Assembly (NCBI GenBank): GCA_963719315.1
Contig: CAVRBU010000002.1
Span: 96,001-160,000 of the forward strand
Reading direction: 5' to 3'
Source: an uncultured Planctomycetota bacterium
Lineage (GTDB): Bacteria > Planctomycetota > Planctomycetia > Pirellulales > Lacipirellulaceae
Length of the DNA stretch: 64,000 bases
Shown: positions 50,976 to 62,733 of the stretch, piece after piece
How positions within the stretch are numbered: position 1 is the first letter of the stretch
Layout: each line of letters begins with the position of its first letter
Translations under genes and position numbers: made by a program
The notes under the pieces: generated by a model
What the model was told of the DNA's origin: nothing
Databases searched by the model: none
What the model saw: the letters and a program-made list of their open reading frames with translations, nothing else

Positions 50976-53900
50976 CTACCCAGCCCCCACCATCCGCAGC
51001 CTGTCGCCGGCGCCCTCTGGCGGCCACGAGGCAATCCGTTCCGTCATCGCCTCGCGCCGCAACGAGCCCGGCATCGTCAATAACCGTTCGGCCCGCTGCC
51101 GCGTCGGATCGTCGACATCGGCCAACCAACGAATTTCGCGGGCCTCGCGCGCCGCAATCGCCCGACCATTCAAAAACGCCACCCGATTGCTTCGTAGCGC
51201 CGTTACCCGCGTGCCTACCGTCACGATCCCGAAAAGGTTTAACGGATCGACCGCCGACACCACGGCCCAACTTTCGGCTTCCGGTTCATCCCGCAACTTT
51301 CGCAATTGTTCGACCGCTTCGGGCAGCGCGAACTGCTCACCGGCGACGCCGCCTACAAACCGCCCACCACGAATTTCGCCCCGCATCTCGAGCCGGCGAT
51401 ACACTCGCGCAAGCTCGCCCCAAGTTGGCGCGAGCGACTCCCGCCCTAGCAAGTCACGAAACATGACGCCATACCGCAGCAGCAGCAGCCAGGCCCATTT
51501 TTCGATCCGCTCGTCACTCTCGATCTTCGGCACAAACGGCGGAAATTTGGACCATCGGCCGCCCTGCGCGTAGGCGCCGGGACGCCGTTGCCGCCTCGAC
51601 CGACGATGCCGGCTGCCCAGCGCGTGCTTCGACTTTGCGCTGATCGCCCGCACCGCGCCAAATCCATCGGATGTCACCAGTCCTAATGCCGCTAACTCGC
51701 GCAGCGCGTCTTCCAGTTGCGACGGCAACAAACTCGTCGCCGCGAGCAAGTCATTAAAGAACAGCGCTCCGTGGGCCGTGAGTGATTCGTACACCCTCTG
51801 TGCATCCCACCGCGCGCCCGCAGGCGATGCGATGCGCTCGAGCGGCAGCAACCACGCCAAATTATCCCGTCGAACCAACGCGATGGGCGAAACGCGCGTG
51901 AGCACTTGTCCACGAGCATCCTCTGTCGCGCGAGGCGGTTCAAGCCGGCCCCACACGACTTCGCCACTCGCGAACAATCGATCGAGCCATTCGCTCTCAT
52001 ACGCCATACGTGTCGTCAACAGCTCGTGTTCCCAAGCGCCACCGGCGCCTCGAATCCTTCCAGCATCCCGATGATTCGCCGCAGGCCACCCGTGCCGCCC
52101 GGCTGCGACTCGCTCGATATCTCGTGATGGGCCAGCAAAAACCGCATGAAACCGGCCGCATCGACGGGCGCCACTTGCCGTCGTAGTCCGTCCAGCGTGA
52201 GCCGATGAATTCGCGCAAGAAGCCGCCGCTCGCACCACTCGTTTTCGCCCGCTTGATTCGTGAAGTGGCCACGCAGCAAGAATCCGGCTAGCTCCAATTG
52301 CTCGAGCGCCACCTGCACGCCGGTCAATTCCATGCCGAGTTTATCCGCAACTTGCGCCGCTGTGGTCGGCCCGCAAATCTCCAGTCGGCCGCGAATGAGC
52401 AACATGCGGGCATCGTCTCTCGTGACTTCGACGCGCAACGATTCAGGCAGCGTCTCCGGCGGCGTTTTGTCGGCGAGCGTTAGAGCTGCGTTCACCGCCG
52501 GCCACCGTTCGACGGCCAGCCACAGCGTTGGCCCGTCTATCACGTCACTCCGCACCACCCTGCCCTGCGATTCCAATTCCGCAAAAAACGGCCACCACGC
52601 CGCCCCCTCAGCTTCCTGCAGTGCGCCAGCCGAAAGCAGCAGATCGTGCAACTCCTCAGCATCGCGAACCACCGGCCAGGCGTCGGCTTGCACAAGTGCG
52701 ATCGCCTCCGGATCGAGCCGCCCCAAATCGCGCACGTCGTCGGCGCGGAACGATCGCCTCACGGCCACGGCCCGCGCCCGGCGTTCCTCCAGCGGCGCAT
52801 CATCCAGAAACGCGTACACATTCGCATTCACCAGTTGGTGGCTGAATGGCGACGGCTCGCGCGTGTCGCGGGCCACGAGTTCGATTCGGCCAGCATCGAT
52901 CTCCCGTAACAATTCGATCCAGCCGTCGAAATCCATCACTTCGTGCAGGCAGTCGTAGACAGTTTGTTGAACGAGCGGATGATCGGGCGGCTCCAGATCT
53001 CCAGTGCGGTGCTCGAAGCAAGCGGTTTGCATTGGGAATACGGCCGTCAGCAAATCCTCTGCCCGAAACTTCTGCAAATGAGGCGGCACTTTCTTGCCTG
53101 CCCGCTGCCTTAGCACGGCCAGCGCCCGCGTCACGTTCCATCGCCACCGCACGCCGAACATCGGCGCCGCCAACAGCGCTTGAACCAAAACGGATTCGGC
53201 GATCGACGGATCAAGCAGCGTAAACATCTGCTCCAGCGGAAAACTTTGCTGCGGGCCAATGGCGAGCACGATTCCATTGTCGTCGGCGCTCGCTTGCAAC
53301 TCGAAGTCAAACGTGCGGCAGAAGCACTTTCGCAGTGCCAGACCCCATGCGCGATTGATGCGCGCCCGAACGGCGCATGGATCACAAGCTGCATCCCGCC
53401 CGACTCATCGAAAAACCGCTCGAACACAACGCGACGCTGGCTCGGCACCAGGCCAATCGCGGCCCCCTGGGCCTCGACGTAATTCGCCGCTTGTCGCGCG
53501 GCCCATTCCTCAGCGCCGGTTTCCTGACGCAGCCAGGCGACGGCGCCGTCCACCGATTCGCGCGCATGATCCCAAATCTGTTCCCGCAATTCCGAAAACT
53601 CGGTCGAAAGCTCGGCAGTTCGCCCCGGCGCCTCGCCTAACCAAAACGGCACCGTAGCTGGCGCGCCGTGCGCATCGAGGACCGTCACCTCGCCGCCACG
53701 CACATACAGAATCCGCCACGATACGTTGCCGAGCTGGAACACGTTGCCGGATTGGCTTTCGATCGCGAAATCTTCATTCAGCGTGCCGACAAACGTCCGC
53801 TCGCCCTCGGTGACGACTCGATAATCGGCCTGCTCTGGAATCGCCCCGCCCGAAGTCAGCGATGATATCCGCGCATGCCGCCGAGCACGCAACCGGTGGT

Positions 53901-55331
53901 GAATTTGGTCGCGATGCAGATACGCTCCAGCACGGTTTCCAGATGCTATTCCTTCGCTCAGCATTGCGACGATCGCGTCAAAATCCGTGCGCTTCAAATC
54001 GCGATACGGCCAAGCCTTTCGGCACAATGAGAATAGCTCATCCTCCTGCCATTCGTCGCAGGCCACCGCGGCCACGATTTGTTGTGCCAGAATGTCGAGC
54101 GGCGCGATGGGGATTTCAACGCGATCCAAATGTCCATTTCGCACAGCCCGGACGAGCGCGAGCGATTCCAGCAATTCGTCGCGCGTCAGCGCGAACAACC
54201 GGCCTTTCGGCACCTGTCCCAACGCGTGGCCCGCCCGCCCCACTCGCTGCAAAAACGTAGCGATCGACCGCGGCGAACCGATTTGGCAAACGAGGTCGAT
54301 GTAGCCGATGTCGATGCCCAATTCGAGCGAAGCGGTCGCCACGATCGCCTTCAACTGACCCGCTTTCAACTTCTCCTCGGCCTTGAGCCGCGTTTCGCGC
54401 GACAAACTCCCGTGGTGGCTGGCCACCTGCCCTTCGCCGAGTTGCTCCTCGAGATAGTGCGTTACCCGCTCGGCCAGTCGCCGCGTGTTGACGAACACGA
54501 GTGTGCTGCGGTGCTCATTAATCAAATGGCCGAGTCGGGCGTAAATTTCCTGCCACGTTTCGACCGAACAAACGGCCGACAATTCACTGGGCGGCACTTC
54601 GACAGCCAGGTCCAATTCGCGAACGTGCCCCGTATCAATGATCCGGCAATGCGGCTCGCCACTTGCTGCGACGTTTTCCGAACCGACAAGGAATCTCGCA
54701 ATCTCATCGATTGGCCGCTGAGTTGCCGAGAGGCCAATACGCGTCGGCGGCGCGGCGCACAATTGGTCCAATCGGGCCAGCGATAGCGACAGGTGTGAGC
54801 CTCGCTTGTCGCGCGCCAGGGCATGAATTTCGTCCACGATCAAAGTGCGTACGTTCCGCAAAATGTCGCGACCCTTCGCGCTCGTCAGCAGTAGGTACAG
54901 CGACTCCGGCGTGGTCACCAAAATATGAGGCGGCTTCCGCAGCATTGCCTGCCGCTGGCTGGAGGGCGTGTCGCCGGTTCGCACCGCGACACGGATGGGC
55001 TGTGGTTCGGCGTCGGCTGCAAACGCCGCTTCCCGAATCTCCTCCAACGGCACCTGCAGATTGCGCTGAATGTCGTTACTGAGCGCCTTCAGCGGCGACA
55101 CATAAACGACCTGCGTTTCATCGGGCAGAGTTTGATCGATGGCTTGTCGCAATAATCGATCGATCGCCGCCATGAACGCGGCCAGCGTCTTGCCGGATCC
55201 CGTCGGCGCCGCTACCAGAGTGTGCTCGCCGGCCAAGATCGCCGGCCAACTCAGAGCCTGCGCCTCGCTCGCGCGCTAAATCGCCCGGCGAACCACTCGC
55301 GAACGATTGGATGAAATTGGGCAATCGACAT
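50976..55331 (-). CDS. lhr: Lhr-family DEAD/DEAH helicase (frameshifts near 55265, 53365, 52045)
   Basis: [38 protein letters not shown]-terminal [10 protein letters not shown]...GEQFA. Confidence 0.93.
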
Positions 55332-55412
55332 TGAGGCATTATATGCCTGCTTGGTTCCGCCGGCAGCCCGCCAAGGAAGCCGGTGGGTATCCCAATCTGC
55401 GGCACAACAAGC

Positions 55413-55467
55413 TTGTACCACGGACTTCAGTCCGTGATTATCGTACGGACTGAAGTCCGTGCTACAA
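55413..55467. repeat. REP-type inverted doublet (REPIN-like)
   Basis: TTGTACCACGGACTTCAGTCCGTG-N7-TACGGACTGAAGTCCGTGCTACAA; each arm is itself a palindrome with a GTAG-type end. Confidence 0.8.
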
Positions 55468-55529
55468 AGTTCCGGTACGAACGGTGCCAAATTAGGACAC
55501 CACTAAGGAAGCCGCGAGTCGAACGCCAC

Positions 55530-55557
55530 AAAAAAGCCCGACCAAGCCGGCCGGGCT
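55530..55557 (-). terminator. Intrinsic terminator of the oxidoreductase gene
   Basis: AGCCCG/CGGGCT stem followed by T6 on the minus strand. Confidence 0.6.
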
Positions 55558-55584
55558 AAATCTGAATTGGAAATCAGAGCCGAA

Positions 55585-56958
55585 CTAACTTTCCAACACC
55601 TCAAACTTCCCCGGCACGGGCACTGGGTAAAAACCGTCCTTGTCCGGCACCACAGGCGGCGTGGCGGTGAAGTCGTAGTTCTGCGGCGAGAGGTCGACGC
55701 CCTTATTGAGCGCGTCCTCCCACTTAATTGCCTTGCCGGAGTACGTGGCCATGCGGCCCAAAATTGCCGTCATCGTCGATTCGGCGCCGTATTGCACCTC
55801 GTTGTAGATTCGCCCGTCGCGCAGCGCTGCGAACAGGTCGTGGTGTTCCTGATGGTGATTGTCCACCTTACGACCACTGGTGCGCCACTTCTTTTCTTTG
55901 GTAGCGAAGAAGCCGCCGGCGCCGTCGTCGATATCGAGCGTGCCCTTCGTGGCGTGCGCATGTTCGCGGACTTCCGAGTCGCAGCCTTCAATATGCCGGC
56001 ACTGGCTGAACATCTTCGTGCCGTCGGCAAACGTATACTCGACCGCGTGGTGGTCGAAAATCTGGCCATATTCCTTACCGGTTCGAACCTGGCGGCCGCC
56101 CATGCCGGCGGCCTGAATCGGATGGGCGCCGTGGATCCACGTGCCGACATCCAGATTGTGAATGTGCTGCTCCACAATGTGGTCGCCGCACAGCCATACG
56201 AAGTAGTACCAATTACGCATCTGGTATTCCATCTCGGTCTGTTCCGGCTTGCGCGGTCGCACCCACAAACCGTTGCCGTTCCAATAGACGCGTGTGTTCA
56301 CCACGTCGCCGATCGCGCCGTCGCGAATTTGCTTAATGGCGTCGATATACCGCTGGTCGTGCCGCCGCTGTAAGCCAACCGCCACCATCAGATCTTTCTT
56401 CTTCGCCTTTTCGTTGGTCGCCAGCACGCGCCGCACGCCGGGGCCATCGGTCGCCAACGGCTTCTCCATGAAGATGTGCTTGCCCGCGTCGACCGCGGCA
56501 TCGAAATGAATGGGGCGGAAACCGGGCGGCGTCGCCAGGATCACCAGGTCGGCCCCGCTGTCGAGCGCCTGGCGGTAGGCGTCGAAGCCGTCGAACTGCC
56601 GCTCGGACGGCACGTTCACGGTCGCATCGTTGAACAACGGATCGCCGTCGCGCCGGCCGCGCTCGACTTGTTGCTTGATGTTCTGCAAGCAGGCCTGCAA
56701 ATTGTCGGCGAACGCATCGGCCATTGCCCACAGTGTGACCTTGCCCTTCGTCGCCAGCGCTTGAGTGGCCGCTCCCGTGCCCCGGCCGCCGCAACCAATG
56801 AGCGCGACTTTGATCTCGTCGCTTCCGCCGGGGTGTGCACCGCGGGCGACTTGCGCGCTCACTCCCCCGAACACTGCGCCCCCCACCAGCGCCGAGGTTG
56901 TTTTCAAAAACGATCGCCGTGAGGATCCTTCGTCCGATTGATTGCTAGTCTCGTCCAT
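55585..56958 (-). CDS. Tat-exported Gfo/Idh/MocA oxidoreductase
   Basis: SRRSFLK Tat motif; IGCGGRGTGA, ATPPGFRP, FMEKP, EQHIHNLD. Confidence 0.93.
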   Translation of the reverse strand: MDETSNQSDEGSSRRSFLKTTSALVGGAVFGGVSAQVARGAHPGGSDEIKVALIGCGGRGTGAATQALATKGKVTLWAMADAFADNLQACLQNIKQQVERGRRDGDPLFNDATVNVPSERQFDGFDAYRQALDSGADLVILATPPGFRPIHFDAAVDAGKHIFMEKPLATDGPGVRRVLATNEKAKKKDLMVAVGLQRRHDQRYIDAIKQIRDGAIGDVVNTRVYWNGNGLWVRPRKPEQTEMEYQMRNWYYFVWLCGDHIVEQHIHNLDVGTWIHGAHPIQAAGMGGRQVRTGKEYGQIFDHHAVEYTFADGTKMFSQCRHIEGCDSEVREHAHATKGTLDIDDGAGGFFATKEKKWRTSGRKVDNHHQEHHDLFAALRDGRIYNEVQYGAESTMTAILGRMATYSGKAIKWEDALNKGVDLSPQNYDFTATPPVVPDKDGFYPVPVPGKFEVLES

Positions 56959-57304
56959 ATTGAACTCCGCTTGGAATAAAAGTTCGAGGGTGGGTGACTG
57001 AGGCTTTGCCCGTAGGTCCTTTCTGCCGGAAGGGGACCTAAGCCAATCCACAAAGTCGCAAAGGAGGGTCAGGTCCAGTTCGGCAAGCGAGACCTATTTC
57101 TTGGGCAAAGCCATAGTCTGTTTAATATACCCGCCCGTTGCGGCTGTGCGAAGTACTGGCCAGAATCCCGCGACTTCATAACCAACTGCCGTAACTGGTT
57201 CCCCGAGCGCCTCTAGCCCGGTAATTAATCGCCATCTGCCAAAAACCACCGCAAATGGTACCACAAGCATCTCCCTAAAATCTAAACATGAACTCATGGG
57301 CGAT

Positions 57305-58246
57305 CTATCCGCGAGGCACGTCGAACTCGCCCAATAGTCCTTCTTCTTTCATCGACGCCCAAAAATTATCCGGCAACTTTTGACGTACTGAGTTGACGTT
57401 CTCTGCCACGCGGTCCAAATACGACGACTCGAGCCGTATTGCAGTTACGCCCGGCGCACAGAACGCGAACTGAATGCAAGCGTGCGATGGCGAGATTCCA
57501 TGGCCGTCGCACAGAGCGACAAAGGCCTTCCGCCATGAGAACTGAGAACGATTTGCCGATTCTTCGGGGTTCAACACGCGACCATCCAACTTGTTGCCGC
57601 CCACCAGAAAGCCTCCCTCGAAAATGCTCGAAAGGACGATCGGAATCTGCCTGCCAGCAAACTCGCCCATCGCCGACAGAATTTCGGGCGGATGCCGCAT
57701 GACCGTACAGCCGCCGATGAACGTGATCCAATCGGGTGTGATCCTCGTCGCGAGTTCTCTCGCAATCCGCCAATCGGTCACCGCCGCGCCGCAGCCCCGC
57801 ACCGCTCCGGCAGACTTCAAATCGCTCGCGGTGCGCCAGGCATCGTCATCGAGGTTGCCAATCGAAATCAGCTTGGGCCGAAAGTCATAGCCCAGCAGCC
57901 GGCAACTCTTGTCCCAACATTTCGCGATTACATCCGCAGACGACCTGTGAGCGCCATCAAGCGATGGCTCCCGGTCAATCGCGAGTTGAATGAAAACGTC
58001 CTGGCTCGAAATTTCCAGCCGCGGCAGCACGCGACCGAGTGTCGCCAATGCCATTCCGTCGCCGTGTCGATAAAACGTCTCGATCCACACCGGCGGCGCG
58101 ACTTGCCGGAACCACTCGCCGCAGAGGGCCAACTTGGCCTGGTTCGTTGTGACGCGATCGACGTTCCCCAAAGCCGCCGAGCCGAATACAATCGGCGGCA
58201 CGTGCAACTCCGTCCCACCCAAAGGTCTACGCTGATCGGAACCCAA
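57305..58246 (-). CDS. Aldo/keto reductase-like protein, degenerate active site (start uncertain)
   Basis: RPLG.T.L.VPPIVFGSAALGN, SIF.GGFL.G, HAC.QF....PGV..I; catalytic region diverged. Confidence 0.7.
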   Translation of the reverse strand: MGSDQRRPLGGTELHVPPIVFGSAALGNVDRVTTNQAKLALCGEWFRQVAPPVWIETFYRHGDGMALATLGRVLPRLEISSQDVFIQLAIDREPSLDGAHRSSADVIAKCWDKSCRLLGYDFRPKLISIGNLDDDAWRTASDLKSAGAVRGCGAAVTDWRIARELATRITPDWITFIGGCTVMRHPPEILSAMGEFAGRQIPIVLSSIFEGGFLVGGNKLDGRVLNPEESANRSQFSWRKAFVALCDGHGISPSHACIQFAFCAPGVTAIRLESSYLDRVAENVNSVRQKLPDNFWASMKEEGLLGEFDVPRG

Positions 58247-58272
58247 GACTGCGATTGCCGTAAGAGAAAAAA

Positions 58273-58343
58273 CTGGGGAACTAGGATTCGAACCTAGACT
58301 GACGGAGTCAGAGTCCGTAGTGCTACCGTTACACCATTCCCCA
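58273..58343 (-). tRNA. tRNA-Gln(CTG)
   Basis: TGGGGAA/TTCCCCA acceptor; ACGGA-CTCTGAC-TCCGT anticodon arm; CTAGG-TTCGAAT-CCTAG T arm. Confidence 0.96.
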
Positions 58344-58654
58344 AAAAAAGTGACTCGCCTTCGAAACGGCGCCAACGCGGCAGGCAGCGAATCGTTCGCA
58401 ATTAGCCGCATTTTCTGGACGCAAAGGCCATGCGCTACGGTACGCCGCGCCTTAACGGAGGTCAATACCGACCCATCTGGATGAGTACGATCCAAACAGT
58501 TGACTCCGCACCAAAACCCAACCTAAAATAGCGGTTCGCTAATCGCTTGTTCCGCATGGATTCGATCGAATCGTAATTGGCGCGATCTTCGCGTGTCGGC
58601 TTGGCGGCGACACGCTCACCGGGTCGCTTCAGTTCGATCGGGCGGTAGTTTTGC

Positions 58655-60340
58655 ATGGCAATTCTTGAACTGGTCAAAGGCAACGCGGCGGGTGCCCGAT
58701 TCGAACTCGATGGCGACCGGGCCGTCATCGGCCGCAGCGCCGATTGCGAAGTGCCGCTCGATGTGCCAGCCGTGAGCCGCCGCCACGCCGCCATTCTGCG
58801 CGAGAGCGGCCACTATTTCATCGAAGACCTGCAAAGCCGCAATGGCACGTTCCTCAACGACACGCGCATTAACGATCGCTCGCCGCTCGGCGAAGGCGAC
58901 CGGCTCGTGATTTGCGATCAAGAGTTTCGCTTCTATACCGGCCACGGAACGGGCCTGCTTGATCCCTTGCGGAATCTTGAGGAGTCGAGCGCCGCCCAAC
59001 TTGTGGACGACCGTACGACACCGGGTCACGCCAGTGTCATGGCGACGCTCGATGTCAGCGGTGGCTCAGCAAGCTGGGGACTCTCGGCGAAACCCGAAGT
59101 GAAACTGGCCGCGCTGATGGAAATATCCAACGGTCTCGCCCAAACGCTTTCCGTCGAAGATATTCTGCCGAAATTGCTCGACAGCTTGTTCAAGATTTTC
59201 CCGCAGGCCGACCGTGGGTTTGTTGTGATGCAGCCCAAGGCCGATGGGCCGCCGGTGGTGGTCGCCGACAAATGCCGTCGCCCCGGCGGCGAAGAGCGAA
59301 TGCGGATCAGCCGCACGATCGTGGAAGAAGCCATGAATTCGCGCAAAGCGATTCTCTCGGCCGATGCCGCCAGCGACGAGCGCTTCGGGATGGCCCAAAG
59401 CATCGCCGATTTTTCGATCCGCTCGATGATCTGCGCCCCGATGATCGGCCTGGATGGCCAGCCGGTCGGCGTGATTCAAATCGATACGCTCAATCAGAGG
59501 GCTCGTTTTACCGACCAAGACCTCGAAGTGTTGGCCAGCGTCGCGAGCCAGGCTGCCATTTCGATCGACAACGCGAAGATGCATGAGCAAGTCATCGTTC
59601 AACGCGCGTTGCAACGTGATCTGGATCTCGCGCGGCGAATGCAGCGAACGCTGTTGCCCAGCACACCGCCGCAAGTGCCTGGCTACTTCTTCTTCGATTA
59701 TTACCAAGCGGCTCGCCAAGTCGGCGGCGATTATTACGACTATGTTCCACTCCCCGGCGGCCGATACGCTGTCATCGTGGGCGACGTGGCTGGCAAAGGC
59801 GTTCCGGCTGCCCTATTGATGGCCCGCCTTTCGGCCGACGTTCGCTTTTCGCTCGCCAGCGAACTGGACCCGTCCAAGGCCATTCAACGAATCAATGATG
59901 GATTCGCACGCCAGGATTGGCAGGATCGATTCGTCACCATGCTCGCCGCGGTACTTAATCCGAATACGAGTCAGCTAACGATCGTCAACGCCGGTCACAT
60001 GGCGCCAATTCTTCGCCGCCGCGATGGCAACGTCACCGAGATCGGCGAAGAAGCCGCCGGCCTGCCGCTCGGCGTTGCCGAAGGCTACGAGTACGAAGCC
60101 TATACGCATAACCTGGAGCCGGGCGACGTACTTACGATTTTCACCGACGGCTTTAGCGAAGCCATGAACGGCGAAGGCGAGCTCTATGGTTTGGAGCGGC
60201 TTAAGACGCAACTCAGCAGCCCGGCCGTGGGCGTCGTCGATTTCGGTCAGCACATCCTGGAAGACGTCAACAAATTCGTTGACGGCCACGACCAAAGCGA
60301 CGACATGTGCCTCGTGTGCTTCGGAAGGGTAGAGTCGTAA
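58655..60340 (+). CDS. FHA-GAF-SpoIIE (PP2C) phosphatase
   Basis: IGR...VSRRHA...SRNGT FHA motif; GAF region; VGGDYYD, GDVAGKG, NAGH, FTDGFSEA, SDD. Confidence 0.94.
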   Translation: MAILELVKGNAAGARFELDGDRAVIGRSADCEVPLDVPAVSRRHAAILRESGHYFIEDLQSRNGTFLNDTRINDRSPLGEGDRLVICDQEFRFYTGHGTGLLDPLRNLEESSAAQLVDDRTTPGHASVMATLDVSGGSASWGLSAKPEVKLAALMEISNGLAQTLSVEDILPKLLDSLFKIFPQADRGFVVMQPKADGPPVVVADKCRRPGGEERMRISRTIVEEAMNSRKAILSADAASDERFGMAQSIADFSIRSMICAPMIGLDGQPVGVIQIDTLNQRARFTDQDLEVLASVASQAAISIDNAKMHEQVIVQRALQRDLDLARRMQRTLLPSTPPQVPGYFFFDYYQAARQVGGDYYDYVPLPGGRYAVIVGDVAGKGVPAALLMARLSADVRFSLASELDPSKAIQRINDGFARQDWQDRFVTMLAAVLNPNTSQLTIVNAGHMAPILRRRDGNVTEIGEEAAGLPLGVAEGYEYEAYTHNLEPGDVLTIFTDGFSEAMNGEGELYGLERLKTQLSSPAVGVVDFGQHILEDVNKFVDGHDQSDDMCLVCFGRVES

Positions 60341-60407
60341 GGTGAAAGGTAAGAAGCATAAGTCGTAAGGTGTAAGTGAAAAGCACTCACGGCTTAATCC
60401 TTACACC
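60334..60407. repeat. Degenerate heptamer tandem repeat plus hairpin between convergent genes
   Basis: gtcgtaa|ggtgaaa|ggtaaga|agcataa|gtcgtaa|ggtgtaa|gtgaaaa; GGTGTAAG (60369-76) pairs with CTTACACC (60400-07). Confidence 0.55.
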
Positions 60408-60408
60408 A

Positions 60409-60642
60409 TTAAGCCCAATTCACCTGCAGTAGATTCTCGATCTGTTGGATGCCGTCGATCCGGCGGAGCGCTTCCTGGGCCATCTGCTTTTGGAAGAATG
60501 TGCTCACGCTGCCCTTCAGAACGACACGGCCGTCGGCCGTTTCTACCCGCACGTTTTGGCTGTGCACGTGGGGATTCGAAGTGAGTGCGTCGCAAATGCG
60601 ATCGGCTAACGGTCGGCTTAGAGTGGCGGTGGCGGGGCTCAT
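60409..60642 (-). CDS. Single BON domain protein
   Basis: V.V....G.V.LKG.V.TFFQKQMAQE...I.G...I.N.L.V. Confidence 0.88.
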   Translation of the reverse strand: MSPATATLSRPLADRICDALTSNPHVHSQNVRVETADGRVVLKGSVSTFFQKQMAQEALRRIDGIQQIENLLQVNWA

Positions 60643-61008
60643 GGCTTCTGACTTCGCGATAGGGCTTAAGGCGGGCGATTAAGGAAGGTCTAACGTCTCT
60701 CAAAAATAGCACGGTTTAATCGACCCGGCGGCAAAGTCCACGAAACTTTTTGCCCCTCGCAATGCAGCGAAGGTGTCCCATCGAGATCGGCATTCGTTAG
60801 CGGTCCGCGCCAGTCAAACCGCGCAAAGAGTGGCAAAGATTGGCGACTCTGCCAAGTGCGATCCGCATAAAAGCGCTCACCCCCCGACGAATCAGCACAC
60901 CTTTGCCACCCATACCGCCTTTACCGCTCAATCAGCCGTGCCACCAGCCGCAATGCCGAAACGACGGCTGCCGCAGTCGCGGCCGGGAATCGCAATTTTG
61001 GGACCATC

Positions 61009-62632
61009 TCACCCCTGCAGCCAGCTTGGCAACTGACCCGCCGGCGGCAGCCGAATCACGATCGCCGACGTAATCGCCGGCAACTGCCGCACCTCCGCCA
61101 GCGCCTCCGCCGACGGCTCTTCGTCGAGATTCAACACGCCCACGGCTTCGCCGCCCGGCGCGTCTCGGCCCACCGCCATCTGGGCGATGTTCACATTGTG
61201 CCGGCCGAAAATCGTGCCCACTGCCCCGATAATGCCCGGCACATCATGATGGCGAAACACGAGCAGGCGGCCATCCAAATAGGCCTCCAACCGGCGATCA
61301 TCGAGCGATACGAGTCGCGGCATGTGCTGGCCGAAGATCGTCGCGGCCGCCTTATGTTGGCCCCGATCGTACGTGACCTCGGCCGTCATCGACGAGCGGA
61401 ACGACCCCATCTCGCTCCGCGATTCCTGGTGCAACTTTATGCCGCGCTGCTTGAGCAGCAACTCCGCGTTTACGAGGTTGACTTCCTGATCGAGTGCCCC
61501 TTGCAAAAGCCCGGCAGCAAATACGGCGGTGAGAATCTTCGTTTCTTTCTCCGCGATTTCGCCTCGATACAGGAGGCGGCACGCGCGCAATCCGCCGGTT
61601 TCCATGCCGACCAGCAGCATGCCTAGGCGATACGCCACGTCCAGGTACCCGCGGAGCGACGCCAGCGTCTGTGGATCGAGCGATGCCACGTTCACCGCAT
61701 GGCGAATGGCGCCGGTCGTGAGATAGGCAACGATCAACTCGACCGCTTCCACCGCGACCTGCGTTTGTGCCTCTTCCGTGCTCGCGCCCAAGTGCGGAGT
61801 GCACACGACGCCCGGCAAGCCGAACAGCGGGCTATCCGTGCATGGCTCCGCGGCATACACGTCGAGAGCCACTCCGCCCAACCGCCCGGCCTTGAGCGCT
61901 TCGGCCAGCGCGGCTTCTTCGTAGATGCCACCCCGGGCAGCATTAATCAGCCGCGCGCCGCGCTTCATCGTTTCAATTTGCGGTGCGCCGATGAGACCCC
62001 GCGTTTCATCGGTCAGCGGCGTGTGGACCGTTAAGTAATCGACGCGCGGCAGCATCGCCTCAACCGTTTCCACCGGCTCGATGCCCAGTTCCTTCGCCCG
62101 CTCACCAGACATGAACGGGTCATAGCCGAGCACGTTCATCTCCAGCGCCCGTGCCCGCTTGGCCACGGCGATGCCGATCCGCCCCAGGCCGACGATGCCC
62201 AGTGTCTTGCCGGCCACCTGCGTGCCCATGTACTTGTTGCGATCCCATTTTCCGGCCATCAGACTCTGGTAAGCTGGCGCGATGTTTCGCGAGAGAGCCA
62301 ACAGCAGCGCGATGGTGTGCTCGGCCGTGCTGAGCGTATTGCCGCCCGGCGTGTTCATTACCACAATGCCTTGCTTCGTGGCCGCGTCCTTATCGATGTT
62401 GTCCGTCCCCACGCCCGCTCGCACGATCGCCTTTAACCGGCGATTTCCTTCCAGTGCATCGGCCGTAATCTGCACGCCGCTGCGGCAAATCGCGCCCTCG
62501 AACTGTGTCGAGCGCCTCACGCAATGCATCGCTTTTCAACCCGGTGCGAACCTCGTACTCAACGCCCGGCGCAGCCGCCAGCATCTCGAGGCCTTCGGGT
62601 GCCAGCGTATCTAAGACAATGACTCGGGGCAT
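61009..62632 (-). CDS. serA: D-3-phosphoglycerate dehydrogenase (frameshift near 62505)
   Basis: RAGVGTDNID, GLGRIG, INAARGG, TPHLGASTEEAQ; ASB region and C-terminal ACT domain (DVPGIIG..G..NIA.M). Confidence 0.95.
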
Positions 62633-62733
62633 GTCACTCAAATCGGTTTGAATTCGGCCAGGAGGCCAAATGTCGCGGTTACCAGGTTGAATTCGGCGTC
62701 GTCGCCGACGCTAACGATGTTGTCGCGATTGGT

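Noticed and set aside
57013..57040. Riboswitch upstream of the Gfo/Idh/MocA gene
   Set aside because: Only a single hairpin (TAGGTCC..GGACCTA); no aptamer consensus recognised.
58247..58495. N-terminal extension of the 396-aa AKR ORF
   Set aside because: It runs through a canonical tRNA-Gln gene, so it is an ORF-calling artefact.
895..62510. Frameshifts in rho, serA, lhr, wzc, wzy, GNAT, acetyltransferase, oxidoreductase, WD40 and thioredoxin genes as programmed recoding or mass pseudogenisation
   Set aside because: They are scattered single-base indels, mostly without slippery motifs, in otherwise intact and often important genes. Long-read consensus error is the simplest explanation; read polishing would decide.
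62648..62697. Direct repeat TTGAATTCGGC between serC and serA
   Set aside because: Only two 11-bp copies with no further structure; insufficient to call a regulatory site.
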